From contig CDMY01000662.1 of assembly GCA_001179505.1 (NCBI GenBank), positions 1-34,905 of the forward strand: a DNA stretch of 34,905 bases, in the 5' to 3' direction. Positions 23,598 through 34,905 of this stretch are shown here, one piece after another. The notes under the pieces are model-generated. The model saw only the letters and a program-made list of their open reading frames with translations. It was not told where the DNA came from and did no database searches. The translations under genes were made by a program, and so were the position numbers. This DNA is from Vitrella brassicaformis CCMP3155 (taxonomy: Eukaryota > Protista > Chromerida). Within the stretch, counting starts at the first letter, position 1; each line of letters begins with the position of its first letter.

Positions 23598-24379
23598 CCG
23601 AGGAGTGGGTGGCTGTGAGCGGCCATCCATCCATCCACTCATCCTTCCACATGTATGGGGTTTTTGGTGTGTGTATGGGATGGGGGGACACTACACTCGC
23701 TGGCCACCCGCATGTGTCTGCCGAAGGCGGTGAATGAGGATGGCCTGCCGGTGCAAAGGTGTGATTGATGTGAAAAGGGGATGGGGAGGGGGGAGGGAGA
23801 CCAGAAAGGGATGTTCTTTGCATGGGAGGGTGTGGTGTGATGTCTGCCAATATTGCTGCATGGTGGTGTCTCGTACTCGCGTTCAACCTTGCCCACTTGC
23901 CTGTCATCAGCAGACGAGTGGGCAGGGTGGCATGCGACTACACATACACCGCTGGTACCACAGCGGACACATGTACATGGGAATGGATTGGATTAGCAGC
24001 TGCACGTGTGCAAGATGACTCAGAAGATGTCCATCACTGTGTTTGACTTGACCGCATGGGATGCAGCCAGCAGGTCTGTCTGGCGCCCATCATCACGCCC
24101 CAACCACAGTCAGGCAGCTCACACGCTCACAACGTATCGCCCGCAACACACATACACACACACAGCCGCTCACAACCAACCACAAAGAACATATGAACGG
24201 CGTGTCCGTCCAAGGACGCGCAGCAACCAAACCAGCAACCGTTGAAACTTATCCAGCAGCCCAACCGACCCAGGCCAAACCACACACCTGCACACTGCTG
24301 TGTCTGTGTCACCGCACATTACATCACACCCCAGGGATGATGGGCACTTGCAGTGGGTGAATGCCTGTGCGTCCGTCCG

Positions 24380-25387
24380 TCAGGGGGAGAGTTCGATGAC
24401 TTCGACCACCGAGGGCCGTGGGTTGCGTCGGTTGAAGTTGGGCCTCTGCGGGGGGCAGGGGGATGTCCACACCGTGCTCAGGCGGCCGGTGATAAACCCA
24501 CGCCCGTTGAACCGCATACGGTTCAGGTCCAACAACGCCCTCTGCACACCGACAGAAAGACAGAGAGATGTGCGGTGCATTCCTCTCTCTCTCAGTGGGT
24601 ATGTGTGTGAGGGTTTCTGTCCTTCCATTGCTTACCGCCACTTTGGCCATGAGTTCTGGGTCCTTGCGGCAGCGGGTGAACGTCGCCTTGTCGCTCACAT
24701 CCGTCTGTACAGTGCAAATCAACACATACACCTCAGTGTCCGTTTCGTGTGTGTGTGTATGTGTCTGTCGTGACATTGGCTTGGCTTACGTCCGCGCACT
24801 CCGAACACAGCCGCGCCTTGTGGCGGGCTGCACACAGAACAGAAAACACACACATACACACACACAGGCGGATCATCATGCTCACACACAGAGAGAGGTG
24901 TGTGTGCATTCATTGCCTCCCCTCCACACTTACGCAGCTCATAGATGGCGGGGCAACCGCACTCCACACACGCAGTGTTGATGTACTGCTCCTTCTTGGT
25001 GCCGGTGTTGAAGCGGCCCTCCAACGGCATCCCGTAGGTCACCCTGATATGATTGATGCACACAAACACGCACACGCATACACATGAAATGTGTAGGTGT
25101 GCACTTGCCCTTCTCGTGTGGTTTCCCCCCGTCCATGGTTACCGTGTGCGGGCGATGTTGGCCTTGTTTTCCTCAACCCTCTCCCCCCACACATGATCAC
25201 TGCCCGCATGCAACGCCTCGCGCCAAACGCGGCACACCATCTCGGCCCGTCCGATGTCAGCCCCCGTCGGCAGGAATTTCATCACCTCCCCCATGGTTTC
25301 GATGTTCAGCTGCGGGGCGGTAGGGGCAGCCTGGCGGCTGGCGCCATCACGGCGGATGGCACCACGCTTCGCCTTCACACGCCGCAT
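24380..25387 (-). CDS. F-box protein with CxxC-x15-CxxC zinc finger, copy B (5 exons)
   Basis: MRRVKAKRG...PQLNIETMGEVMKFLPTGADIGRAEMVCRVWRE, then CVECGCPAIYELPRHKARLCSEC, RCRKDPEL and a VIELSP-stop end. Intron positions and phases match copy A. Confidence 0.75.
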
Positions 25388-25438
25388 CACGGCAGCCGAG
25401 CACTTGGAAGGCGAGCGATACCGAATTGGTTTCGTTTC

Positions 25439-28400
25439 TTATCTGGTCACTGAAGGGTCTCCAACGCCCTCGAGTCCGCCAGCACGTCGCTTGGCGGGAA
25501 ACTCCCTCTTCTTAAGGTCACCACGCAATTTTTCGCGATCGGCGAGAATGGCGAGCCTAGCCGACAGGATCTGCAGATCTGCAGTAGAGAGTGGATGGTC
25601 CTGTGTTGTGAGTGAGTGGCATTCATGTGGCAGCAAGCATTGCGAGCAAATCAAGTCGTTGTCGACATGTAGTGTCCTTGCTGCAACAAATTAGAGAAAA
25701 GGTTGACATAGTGTCTCTCCCCGGACTCGATTCCCTTCCCTTCAAGGCACCCAGTCTCTTACCAAGAGCCAAAGCACACACACACATCAGCACACACAAA
25801 TCACTCCATCCCCGCCCCTTCTTGCGTCTTGAGGGTGGACCGCCTGGCCCCCCTCGCCGTCGGCCGGCGCGACTCCCTCCTCGACACTGCTGCTGTCTCC
25901 CCTGCCTCACCCACTGGCTGCTCCGCCTTCGGGCGGATGAGCCTCTTGATCAGGTTGACCTCCCTCGTGTGTTCCAGCTGCTCCTTGCTGCGCTGGATCT
26001 CTTCAGACAAGCGTTTGATCTCTTCCTTCTCGGCTGCCCGGTCGGCGCGTCTTTGTTCTTTGACGTCTTCTTCGTCTTTGAGGCGCTGTTTCTCGTGTCT
26101 CTGCCACGCCCACAGCATGTCCAACTGAGCAAGGTTTCGTTCCTTCTCGCGTGCAGCGATGTTCGATGCCCTGAAGGAAAGGAATGTGAGACATGAGTAC
26201 CGGCTGCAGGCCGACACGTGGCTTGTAGTGGATTGAGGACACCTCTCACCTCTTGGCCTCGAGTGAGATCTTCTCGCCTCCCGCCTTCTTGACGGCAGCG
26301 CCCTTGGTGCCCTTTTTCTCCGCCTTTGGTGCCGCCGGCAAGGCCTGGTCCTCTTGCATGGATGTCTGATCGGCCAATTCAGAGACGCAGCCGGTGAGGT
26401 GATGTGATGTGTACGTGTCTCACTTACCGCCCATCTGTGTGCGTCTTCTTCGCTGAGTGTGGGGGGCGGGATAGCCGAGGGCGGGGCTTCAAGGGCAGGA
26501 ACTGGGGGAGCGGACAACTGCATGGCCACAGAGAGAGGCCAGAGACACGTGGGTGGGTGCGTGAATGTGGGTGTGCCTGCATACATACCTGCATCTGTGA
26601 CTTCTTCTTAATGACGGCATCGTGCTGCATCTGCTCCTGCCGGATGCGCTTCTCACTCCCGATCCGCCTGTGGTAGGCATCAGCCCTGACACACGACACA
26701 CACAAGGGGGAGCGACAGGGAGAGGGAGCCATGCACACAAGCCCATGCATCACAGATCAATGCAGCCACGTAGGTACCTACCTGTCTTTGATGGCCTTTT
26801 CCCTCAGTTTGATGTTCTCCTCCCTCCGTCTGTCCAGCTCTGTTTGTGCCCTCTCCTCATCCCTTCTCGCCGCCGCCCTCTCGCTCTCCCGGGCCTTCTG
26901 CCGCCGCACCGCCAGCTGCTGTCTCTCCTGCTCCCGGCGTCTCTCGTTTCTGTGCCGCTCGAGCATTGCACGCATCGGCTCTTTCTGCTGCTCTGTCCTC
27001 CTCGCCTCTATCTCCGCCACCTATGGACGTACACACGTGGCTGTGGACGGATGGGTGTGTTGCAGAGAGGGCACCTTGACGAGTCGTGCTGCGTCACGCT
27101 CCTTACGGAGGCTGGCCTGGGCGTCCCTTTCTCTGAGTGAGGAATGAGGACATTGCCAAGTAGTGGCATGCAGAATCAGCCACTGGTCGGCCGACCTGAT
27201 TTGTCTTTCGACATCCTGCCTCATGTGGTCTCTCTCCCTCGCCAGCAGCTCCCCCTGCCTCCTCTCCTTGGCAGCCGTCTCCTCTTTCTTGGAGGCCAGG
27301 CGAGACATGGACGTCTTGTGGGAACGCTGCAGCCATCCATCCATCCGTCCATTCATCCGTGTGTGGTGTATGGCTTGAAAAAGATGATGTCTGAAAGATG
27401 GGTTGTTCCTTCACCTGCTGCTTTTCGTCAAGCCGTCTGTTGCGGCGCGCTTCGACCTGCTCCAGATGCTGCAAAGAGACAAGGGAGGGGACCCTCGTGT
27501 CTGTGGATTCTCCGCCCTCTCTCATCAGTCGCTCACTTGTCTGATAGCTTTTCTCTCCTCGTAGGAAATGTCGGCTGATGGCACCTTGTGCGTGGAGAAC
27601 AGGGGCAAGGCGGGGGCAGGCGAAGTCGGCTGAGGGCCCACACTCAGCTGCATTGCATTGCATCCATGGCATTCATTCCATTCAGTCAAGTAATAATGAG
27701 AGAGGCACACAACACATAGGACTCTGTACGTGAGCATACCACTTTGTCCTTGTGAGCGGGGTCATTGGCTAGCACGAGCCTCTCCACCACCCAGCGGTAC
27801 CTGGCCTCCTCCCTCTCCAACTCGCCCTTGTCGCGGGCAGACTGGCCAGAACCTGGGGACACACAGACACACACACACGTGGACGCACACACATACACAT
27901 ACATGGGATTCGGGCACTTACCTGTAGTCTTGTTTGCCTGTTGTTGTCTTTTGCGTGGTGTGTTGGGGGAAGAGGAGCCTGAGGGTGCTGGGCGCAGAGG
28001 GCCCGGTGGAAACAGTTCCTCAAAGGCCTTTGTGTGTCGCCAGACAAGAGAGCAGCCAGCAAATGGATGATGGATGGAGGGGTGCAGCAGCTCAGTGACG
28101 TCCACCCACCTGTGAACTGAATTCCAGTTTGTAGCACTCCTCGGGGATCTCGAGGTTGCCCGCCACGAACGTGACGCTCTGTACCGATGACCCATCCACT
28201 GACACCGCCCTGCAGACATCCCACATACGCCGCTGTAGCCTGCATTCTTGACGCATGGATGAGGGCTTTATCTCACTTGTGGACATTGATAACGAAGGGT
28301 CCTTCGGGCAGTGTCTTATCCTCCTGATGGACGAGAGTTGACACGGGGTTGTTGACGGAACGCGCAGAGGAGAAAGACGACATTTTTCGATGGGGGGGCC

Positions 28401-28469
28401 GCTGGGGGGTTCCGCGTCTCTCCGATCGTCGCTTGTTTTGTCGTGTCTCTTCAGCGTGCCATCAATCAT
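25439..28469 (-). CDS. E/R/K/Q-rich coiled-coil protein, uncharacterised (many exons; some boundaries uncertain)
   Basis: Successive charged helical exons (e.g. ERRREQERQQLAVRRQKARESERAAARRDEERAQTELDRRREENIKLREKAIK and EKERNLAQLDMLWAWQRHEKQRLKDEEDVKEQRR) are separated by short GT-AG introns. Start and some C-terminal junctions are not firmly resolved. Confidence 0.55.
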
Positions 28470-28631
28470 TCCAGTACGTGCAAAGAGCCATCGTCCAATC
28501 CATCCACCCACTCTCGTCAGAGCAGCACAACGCAAAAATAATATGAGACCCATCATATCATGCACACACAGTCCTCCGCGTCCCTCTCCCTCTCCCCCAT
28601 CTCATACCAATGATCCCTCCCCTTGAACTAC

Positions 28632-31146
28632 TCATTTGACCAGCCGCATGGCCTTCAAAGTGGAGTCGACCCTCTCTGCGCGTGTGTGTGCATTTGCATG
28701 GGCACGTGCCTTCCCCTCCTTCACCTTTTCTTTCTCCTGCTGCTGCGCCGGTTTCGGTGGTGGTGGTGGTGGGGGAGGGGGAGGCGGTGGGGGCGGCTGG
28801 ATCGCCTCAGCATCAGCTGCCGCCTGCTGCTGAGCGTCGTGCATATGGGCGATGTATTCCCTCCGTCTCCACTGCGCCCGGTACGACACCAGCACCGAGT
28901 CGTCTGGCAGCAGGTAGTGCGATGATGCGTCACTGAAGGGGTAGTGGGTGCGCCGGAGGGACCGCAGGAATGTCTGTTGGAGTGCGAGGGCGCTGGCCTT
29001 CTTGAAGAAGGTGCGGGGGTCGATGTACAGGCGGAAGTCGTGCGCCTGCCAGAGACGCACCGCCATGGCGTGGAAAAAGAGGTACGGGGCCACATACGCC
29101 TGCATAAATTGCACATATGTCATTCCATCGTTTGTGCACGCACTACATGATCGGTCCCGATGGACGGCATGCCTCTTTCCCACCGACCCGTGCAATGTGG
29201 AGGTGGACTTCGCTGAGGCGCACGGACTCCTCGGAAAGGTATACATAGCTGAGATACACCTGCAGCACGCTCACATGCGCCCGCTCCACTGCCGACAACT
29301 CCTCGCTCTCAACCGTCGAAAACAGGCGGTCGAGGTGCACCAGGGCAGAGGCCAGGGCTACCGTGATGTCAGGCCAGTCGGGCGAAGGCGTCGTGGTGAC
29401 ACTCTTGCTGCTGAAATCCTTGGTCATCTCACACAGACTGCGGAAACCCCAACACACACACACACACACACGCACAACATATGGGTGCGTGTGGATGGTG
29501 TTTGAATGTGGTGTGTCTTACAGGCGAATCATGGCGAGGATAAGCACAGACGACCCCGGGATCTCCAGCCCCGCCAGCATGGCGAACCTCGCAGCCACCG
29601 CAGCTTCCCACTCGTTCGCACCGTGTCGATCCATCAGCCACCCCACCGTCCGCTCAAAAGAAGCCTCACATGACTCACTCGCCGCGTCATCTAAGGGCAA
29701 GATGGTGGTCTTGATGGGTAGGGTGGATCGAGACGGCACTGATGGAGAGGGAGCCGTCGGCTTGGTGCTCCTCCTGACGACCTGCATCTGGCCGTCACGC
29801 ACGAGCCGCTCCAGCTGTGGCCGGGTGATGACCATGGTGTCCTCCGTCCCGTCATTGTCAGCACAGAAGTTCGCCATCTCCCTCGGCCGGTCGCCAGGTC
29901 CGCCCCTCTTCCTCTCGCCCCGCTCCACCCTGTCCATGGTCTCCTGCAGCGTCTCCCACCGTGCCTCCGTCTTGGCCAGCACCGGGAAGGCATTGCAAGA
30001 CGGCAGACGCCTCTCCCGCTCCCTCTCCCTCTCGGGAGAAGGCGATCCCCCCTGGCTGCCCGTGTCGGCTGTCGATCGAGTGGTCGATGTGCCTGTGCCA
30101 CTGCCGATGGCGGCGCTGCTGGTACTGTTGGAGACAGGCGGGGGTGGCGGTGGGGGAGGCTTGCGCACAATCAGAGTCGCGGTGCTGCTGTCTTCATGTT
30201 TGGCCGCCAGACGGGCTGTGGATCGGGGCGGGTGTGGCGGGGGAGGGGGCTGCTGCTGTGGCTTCTTGGGCAAGGCAGGGCGAGGGGGAGGGGGCGGGGG
30301 ACAGACAGTCGTCTCCTTCTTGCACGCCCTCTTGGTGCTGCGGGTCTGGACGGTCATCTTGAGAGACTGCTGCTGGTGCTGGTGGTGGTGCTGGTGGTCC
30401 AGCTCTATCTCCCTCTTCCTGTTGACCGGCAACACCCTCTGCTGATGGATAAGTGCAGCCGATGGCACCGGCACACCGTTCCCATTGTCCTGCCTCTTGC
30501 CTCCCCTGATAGTCTTCCCTGTCCCTGCTGCTGTGGCTGTCGCCGGCTGCTGCTTGGCTGTGACGGTCGGCATGGCCATGGACATGGACACCTGCTGGGG
30601 CAGCTCCAGTGTGGGCAGATACGCGGGGCTGTCGATCTGCATCTGGTGGATGCCCGGGGCGGGAGGGGGCGGGGGCGGCATCTTTTGGCAGTTGCGCACG
30701 CGCTCGGGCGTCTCGTTGGTCTGCCGACGCCGCCACAGCCATGAGCTTATCCCACCCCCTCCGCCCCTTTCTCTGCTCGCCGGCTTTTGCGCGTCTCGTT
30801 TGACGTCCTCCTTCCTGCCCACCGCACTAGCAGCAGCAGGGCTCGCCTGCCCCTCCTCCATCATCTGCATCAAGTCGTCACTGCTGCAATTGACACCCTG
30901 GCGCACGGGATAAGGAGAGATGAGCCCACTAAGGTCCTCCGACCGCAGCACCCCCCAGACGCTCCGCAGCAAGTGAGACGTCTTCATGCCCTTGGGCGGC
31001 CCCTGCTTGATCTCCCTATAGGTGGTCTTGGGCGTCACCTGCGTGCTCCATGCCTCCTGAGGCAGAAAGCAGGCCGGCTCGACGCTTGTCGGCAGAGACA
31101 GGCGAGACGGCCGTCTGGGTGTGACGCTCTCCCAGAGGAACGACAT
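28632..31146 (-). CDS. Long disordered N-terminus plus C-terminal atypical cyclin-fold domain (PHO80/Pcl or CDK5-activator p35-like), 3 exons
   Basis: ORFs 29518-31227 (first ATG 31146), 29143-29475 and 28632-29246 splice in frame. Motifs ALVHLDRL, VYLSYVYLSEE, ARVGG and DFRLYIDPRTF resemble recalled PHO80-type cyclin-box and p35 motifs. Confidence 0.55.
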
Positions 31147-31621
31147 GCCGCTGCGAGAGGGAGAGGGCTCACTCAGGTGCGGGAGCGTCGGCTCTGCTGG
31201 GGCGGCCAGAGAATGGGCTCGATGCACTCACGGAAGGGGCTGGACACACAGGCATACGCACCGTGAGCACGATGCCGCGTGAAGTCAAGGCCGCGCTCCC
31301 TCACTCTTTTCGTACCTCATGGGATTTCGGATTTGGTCGAATATGAAGCAGAGGAGCATGAAGAAGCCCACGAGGAACGCATCGGGGGCCGCCATCTTGT
31401 CGTTTTCTCTGGCGGCCTCGATTGGGGCTCACGAAAGGACGGTCAAATCTCAGCTATATTCGCGCCGAGAAAGCTCCAGCGCCTTGTCGATGACCGTATC
31501 AAGGCAAACTAACGCAAATCATGAGCGCACGGACAGCCCCGCCGAAAGAGCGATCCCTCGGCTCGCAGCTCGCACAAGCGACAGAGCGGGGAAGACGCAA
31601 GGAGCTCACGTTGGGTTCAGG

Positions 31622-34600
31622 ATGCGTGGCGAGAAGAACCCTCTTCGTGGTTTGGTATCGAGTGCGTTGGATGGCGATGAGCTGCACTGGGAGCGTGCGC
31701 TAGAGATAGTGGAGAAGATCCAGCAGGACAACAGGCATGCCGCCATCACGCTATACATAGTGCACAACCGCCTGGTCGGCAGGGGACTGCCGCAGGTCAA
31801 AGCCAGCCTACAGGTGCAAAGGAAACACACACGCAGAGAGGAATCATTGGAAGATGTGCCCATTCACTCTGTGTGTGTGTGTGTGTTGGATTAGTTGCTG
31901 GAGCTGTGTGTGAATTCGTGTGGCATCGCATTTGCCCGCCAGATGAGCGATGAGTTCATCCACTCCATGACCAGGATACTCAAAAAGGTATGTCCCCCTC
32001 TCCCACTGTGTGACTCACGTACCTCCTGCCTGCCTGTGCGTCATTCGCCTCGCCTGCAGGACATGAGCAAGCCCGAGACGCTGTCCTCGACTCTTGCGAC
32101 CGTCACGACGGCCATGTCAGATTGGATGCTCGGGTGGGTGGGTGGCTGCGTGGGTCCCACCACACCCACACGCAGCATTGATTGCATCCTCCACGCCGTG
32201 TGATGTGTGTATGCAGTCCACCGTCGGCGAGCTCATCGTCATCGGGTCCGTCAGCTGCTGCCGGCGACCTTGCCCGCCGCTCACACACTGTGGGCGGGAG
32301 CGAGATGGAGATGCTCGAGGAGTGCCAGCAGAAGGTGCTGTACCTGCTGCAGCTCTGGACTGGTGAGGCGGTGGCAGAGCAAGGGAGGGAGGGAGGGAGG
32401 GAGGGGGTGGAGGCGGCAGCACACATGTGTGGATGGTGGCTGTGCCTGTGGTTGTCATGCATGTATCCTGTAGACGCGTTCATGCATCAGGAGGAGCAGG
32501 TCGAGCCCATCTTTAAGGCGTATAGGAAACTTAGGAAGAAAGGTCAGTCAGTGTGTCTTCCAATTGGGGAGAATTGACGAGAGATTCATGTCATGCTGTC
32601 TGTATACGACACATCAGGTGTCAAGTTTCCCCCTCGGTCAGCCAACCAGCGATTTCTCGTCCCTGACGCATCGGTCAACACACACACGCACAGGGAGGAG
32701 GAGAGATCAATGCGGCCCACGGGCCTGTCCCCCATGTGTCTGTGTGCGGTGTGTGGTGTGCACCGCAGGAGTCCCCGGCCTTTGATGAGGCCCTTGCGCA
32801 CCGCCACCAGCCTGTCAACGCACTCCCCATCACTGACGCCCAGGCACGTCCGCACCCACACACCTACACCCACACCCACAGCCACGTACACACATGAGTG
32901 TCTTGTGTGCTGGATGGATGGCTCATTCGTGTGTCCAGATAGAGGCGTTGGAGCGTTCTCTGCACACTTTGCGGGTCACCAAGGACATCCGGCAGGTGGA
33001 GAAGTGCGTCAACGTGTGCCGGCGCATGAAGCCCCGCCTGGCCGCTCGCATACAAAACTACAGCGAGATACCCGCACCGACAGATGAAGACACTGAGAGG
33101 CTCACGGTAAGTGTGTGTGCAACACACAGACCCACGCAAAAACAAAAAGCAAGCGAATGCAATGCATCCCTTCTTCTCCTTTTCTCCGTCCATTCGGTCT
33201 CCAATCAGTCTTTGTTGGCGCTTCACGACCAGCTGGAGTCGTCTCTCTCCCAGATGGTGGCCGTCCCCTCGTCAGACCCCTCCCTCCCTGCGCCCGCATC
33301 TCGGATCGTCATCCGCACCGCAGACAACGCGCAACATGACAAGAGCAGACGCCTGCCCGTGACGACCAACACCAACACCCCCTCGCACCCACAGAAGAGG
33401 CCCGACAACGAGCCCATTCCCGCCCTCCCGCCGCCCACGAAGGGCAGTGCCAATATACAGCAGAGGGACAGCGGGGAGGACCACTCACACACGAGGGTCG
33501 CAAACCTGCTGGAAGAGAAAGAGGGCGATCTGTTCGACGTCGAGGAATCGACGCAAGACGTTCCTGAGCTGCTGGATGACCTGCTCGCAATGGATCGTTA
33601 TGAAGACGCAGAGGCGCAGCAGCAGCAGCAGCAGCAAGAGCAGCATGAGGGGGGGTCTGCTGCCGTTAGTGTGCCTGAAAATCGCATTCTCTACCAGTCG
33701 GCGGCATGCATGGTGGTCGACGTCGCCACTGGCAAGAAGCCTTCACCACCCGAGCACGAGACGACCGACTTGCTAGGCTTCGACGATCCCCATCAGCGGC
33801 AGCAGCAGCAGCCTGAGACCCCACCCAGAGAAGGGGAGAGAGAGGCGGACGATTGGGCCCAGTTTGATGACGGCGAGAGGGTGGCGGCCATCGCATCGAA
33901 TCCTTTTATCGTGACACCGCCGAGCGACAAGGTGACCCCACCCACCCCGCCGCAGGCTGTGCCCAGGCTCGCACCCCCGCCGGCAGCAAAGGTGTCTGTG
34001 TCGCCCGTCAAGCCTACCACACACACTACCACCACCAACCTGCTGGAGGAAGTCGACCCGGAGCCGGAGCACCACGTGGTGCGGTCGATGACACGCAGAC
34101 AGACAGACAGACAGACAAGAGAGAGCAGGTGCATCTATCGCTCAATGTTTGCCTGTCGTATGTGTGTCACATAAAGGGGAAGGCGTTTGATGGCTTGTTC
34201 GAGACGGGCGTCGCTGACGGCTCAGGCGCCACGGCAAACACACCCCGCGACCCAGCAGCAGCAGCAGCGGATGAGCAACACCACCACCTCGCCCCCGCCC
34301 CTCATCTCGCCTCCAGGAGTGTGCGAGACATCACCCTCATACCATCGGATGGCGACAGCCTGGGTGCACCGCTGCCGCCCTTTCCATCGCCATTCGATGA
34401 CGAAGGGCCGCATAATGACGACTTCGCGGCTTTCGATGCAGCTCAAGGGTCAGGCTGGCCGGAGCAAAGAGGAAATGAGGGTGGGGGAGAGCGCGAGGGT
34501 GGGGGTGAGAGCAGGCAGCAGCAGCAGCAGGTGGATCGGCCTGCCAGTGCTCCTTCGTTGGTGCCCCACCTGCCGCCACCACGGCGTGCGAGGGACGTGG

Positions 34601-34659
34601 GAGTGGTGCCAACACCCTCATCAGAGAGAGACAAGGGGAAGGACTTGCTCGACCTGTGA
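31622..34659 (+). CDS. VHS-GAT domain trafficking adaptor (TOM1/TOL/GGA-like) with an acidic motif-rich tail (about 10 exons)
   Basis: VHS: LHWERALEIVEKIQ...LLELCVNSCGIAF...QQKVLYLLQLWTDAF...YRKLRKKGVKFP. GAT-like: VCRRMKPRLAARIQ...LLALHDQLESSL. Tail: DLLGFDD, DDWAQFDD, SNPF, DDFAAFD and terminal DLLDL-stop. Confidence 0.8.
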
Positions 34660-34905
34660 CGCATGGATGGACGGATGGATGGATGGACGGGCTCATGAAA
34701 GGTGCGGGATGATTGCCGAAACAGAGTTTGTTGCGCGAAATGTCCTTGCCCAACACCATATGCCCAACGTGTCTCAGCACGGCTCGGATCACGATCGCTC
34801 CCGCAAAGCCCCCAGTCTCGCAGGGAAATCTTGTTGGGTTTTGATAGCAGGGTTTGTGCTTAGCTTGCAGACATGTCTTTCTATTTCGTGCATCTTCGGT
34901 GAGCG

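Noticed and set aside
25601-25643. Additional putative GC-AG intron in the coiled-coil gene
   Set aside because: Only 43 nt, with an atypical exon end (CTC), and other splice solutions exist; not counted.
31319-31621. ~100-aa N-terminal extension of the VHS-GAT ORF
   Set aside because: VHS domains normally start near the N-terminus. ATG 31622 fits that, and the upstream open frame is more likely 5' UTR or shared promoter.
1-34905. CRISPR arrays, transposons, rRNA/tRNA and telomeric arrays
   Set aside because: No repeat-spacer periodicity, transposase/RT motifs, terminal repeats or recognisable structural RNA genes seen by eye; tRNAscan-SE, Infernal and RepeatMasker were not run.

Overview
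This is gene-dense, GC-rich, intron-rich eukaryotic nuclear DNA. Very short microsatellite-laden introns and a signal peptide followed by Phe (plastid-type) suggest a chromerid alveolate such as Vitrella; that is inference from style, not a search result. I spliced about 12 multi-exon genes by hand using splice sites and frame continuity: a secreted Cys-rich protein (-), two disordered proteins head-to-head (-/+), a 23-exon PNUTS/PPP1R10-like PP1 regulator (-) spanning a 300-N gap, an 18-exon AGXT2-like aminotransferase (+), a probably plastid-targeted helical-repeat protein (-), two paralogous F-box/Zn-finger genes in inverted orientation, SCO1 (+), a coiled-coil protein (-), an atypical cyclin-fold protein with p35/PHO80-like motifs (-) and a VHS-GAT adaptor (+). 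No rRNA, tRNA, CRISPR or clear mobile element was seen. The strongest unexplained signal is intron architecture: AC/AG repeats near 5' splice sites and complementary CT/GT repeats near 3' splice sites on the sense strand of genes on both strands, plus frequent GC-AG introns. Most short ORFs in the supplied track are shadows of introns, microsatellites or antisense strands.
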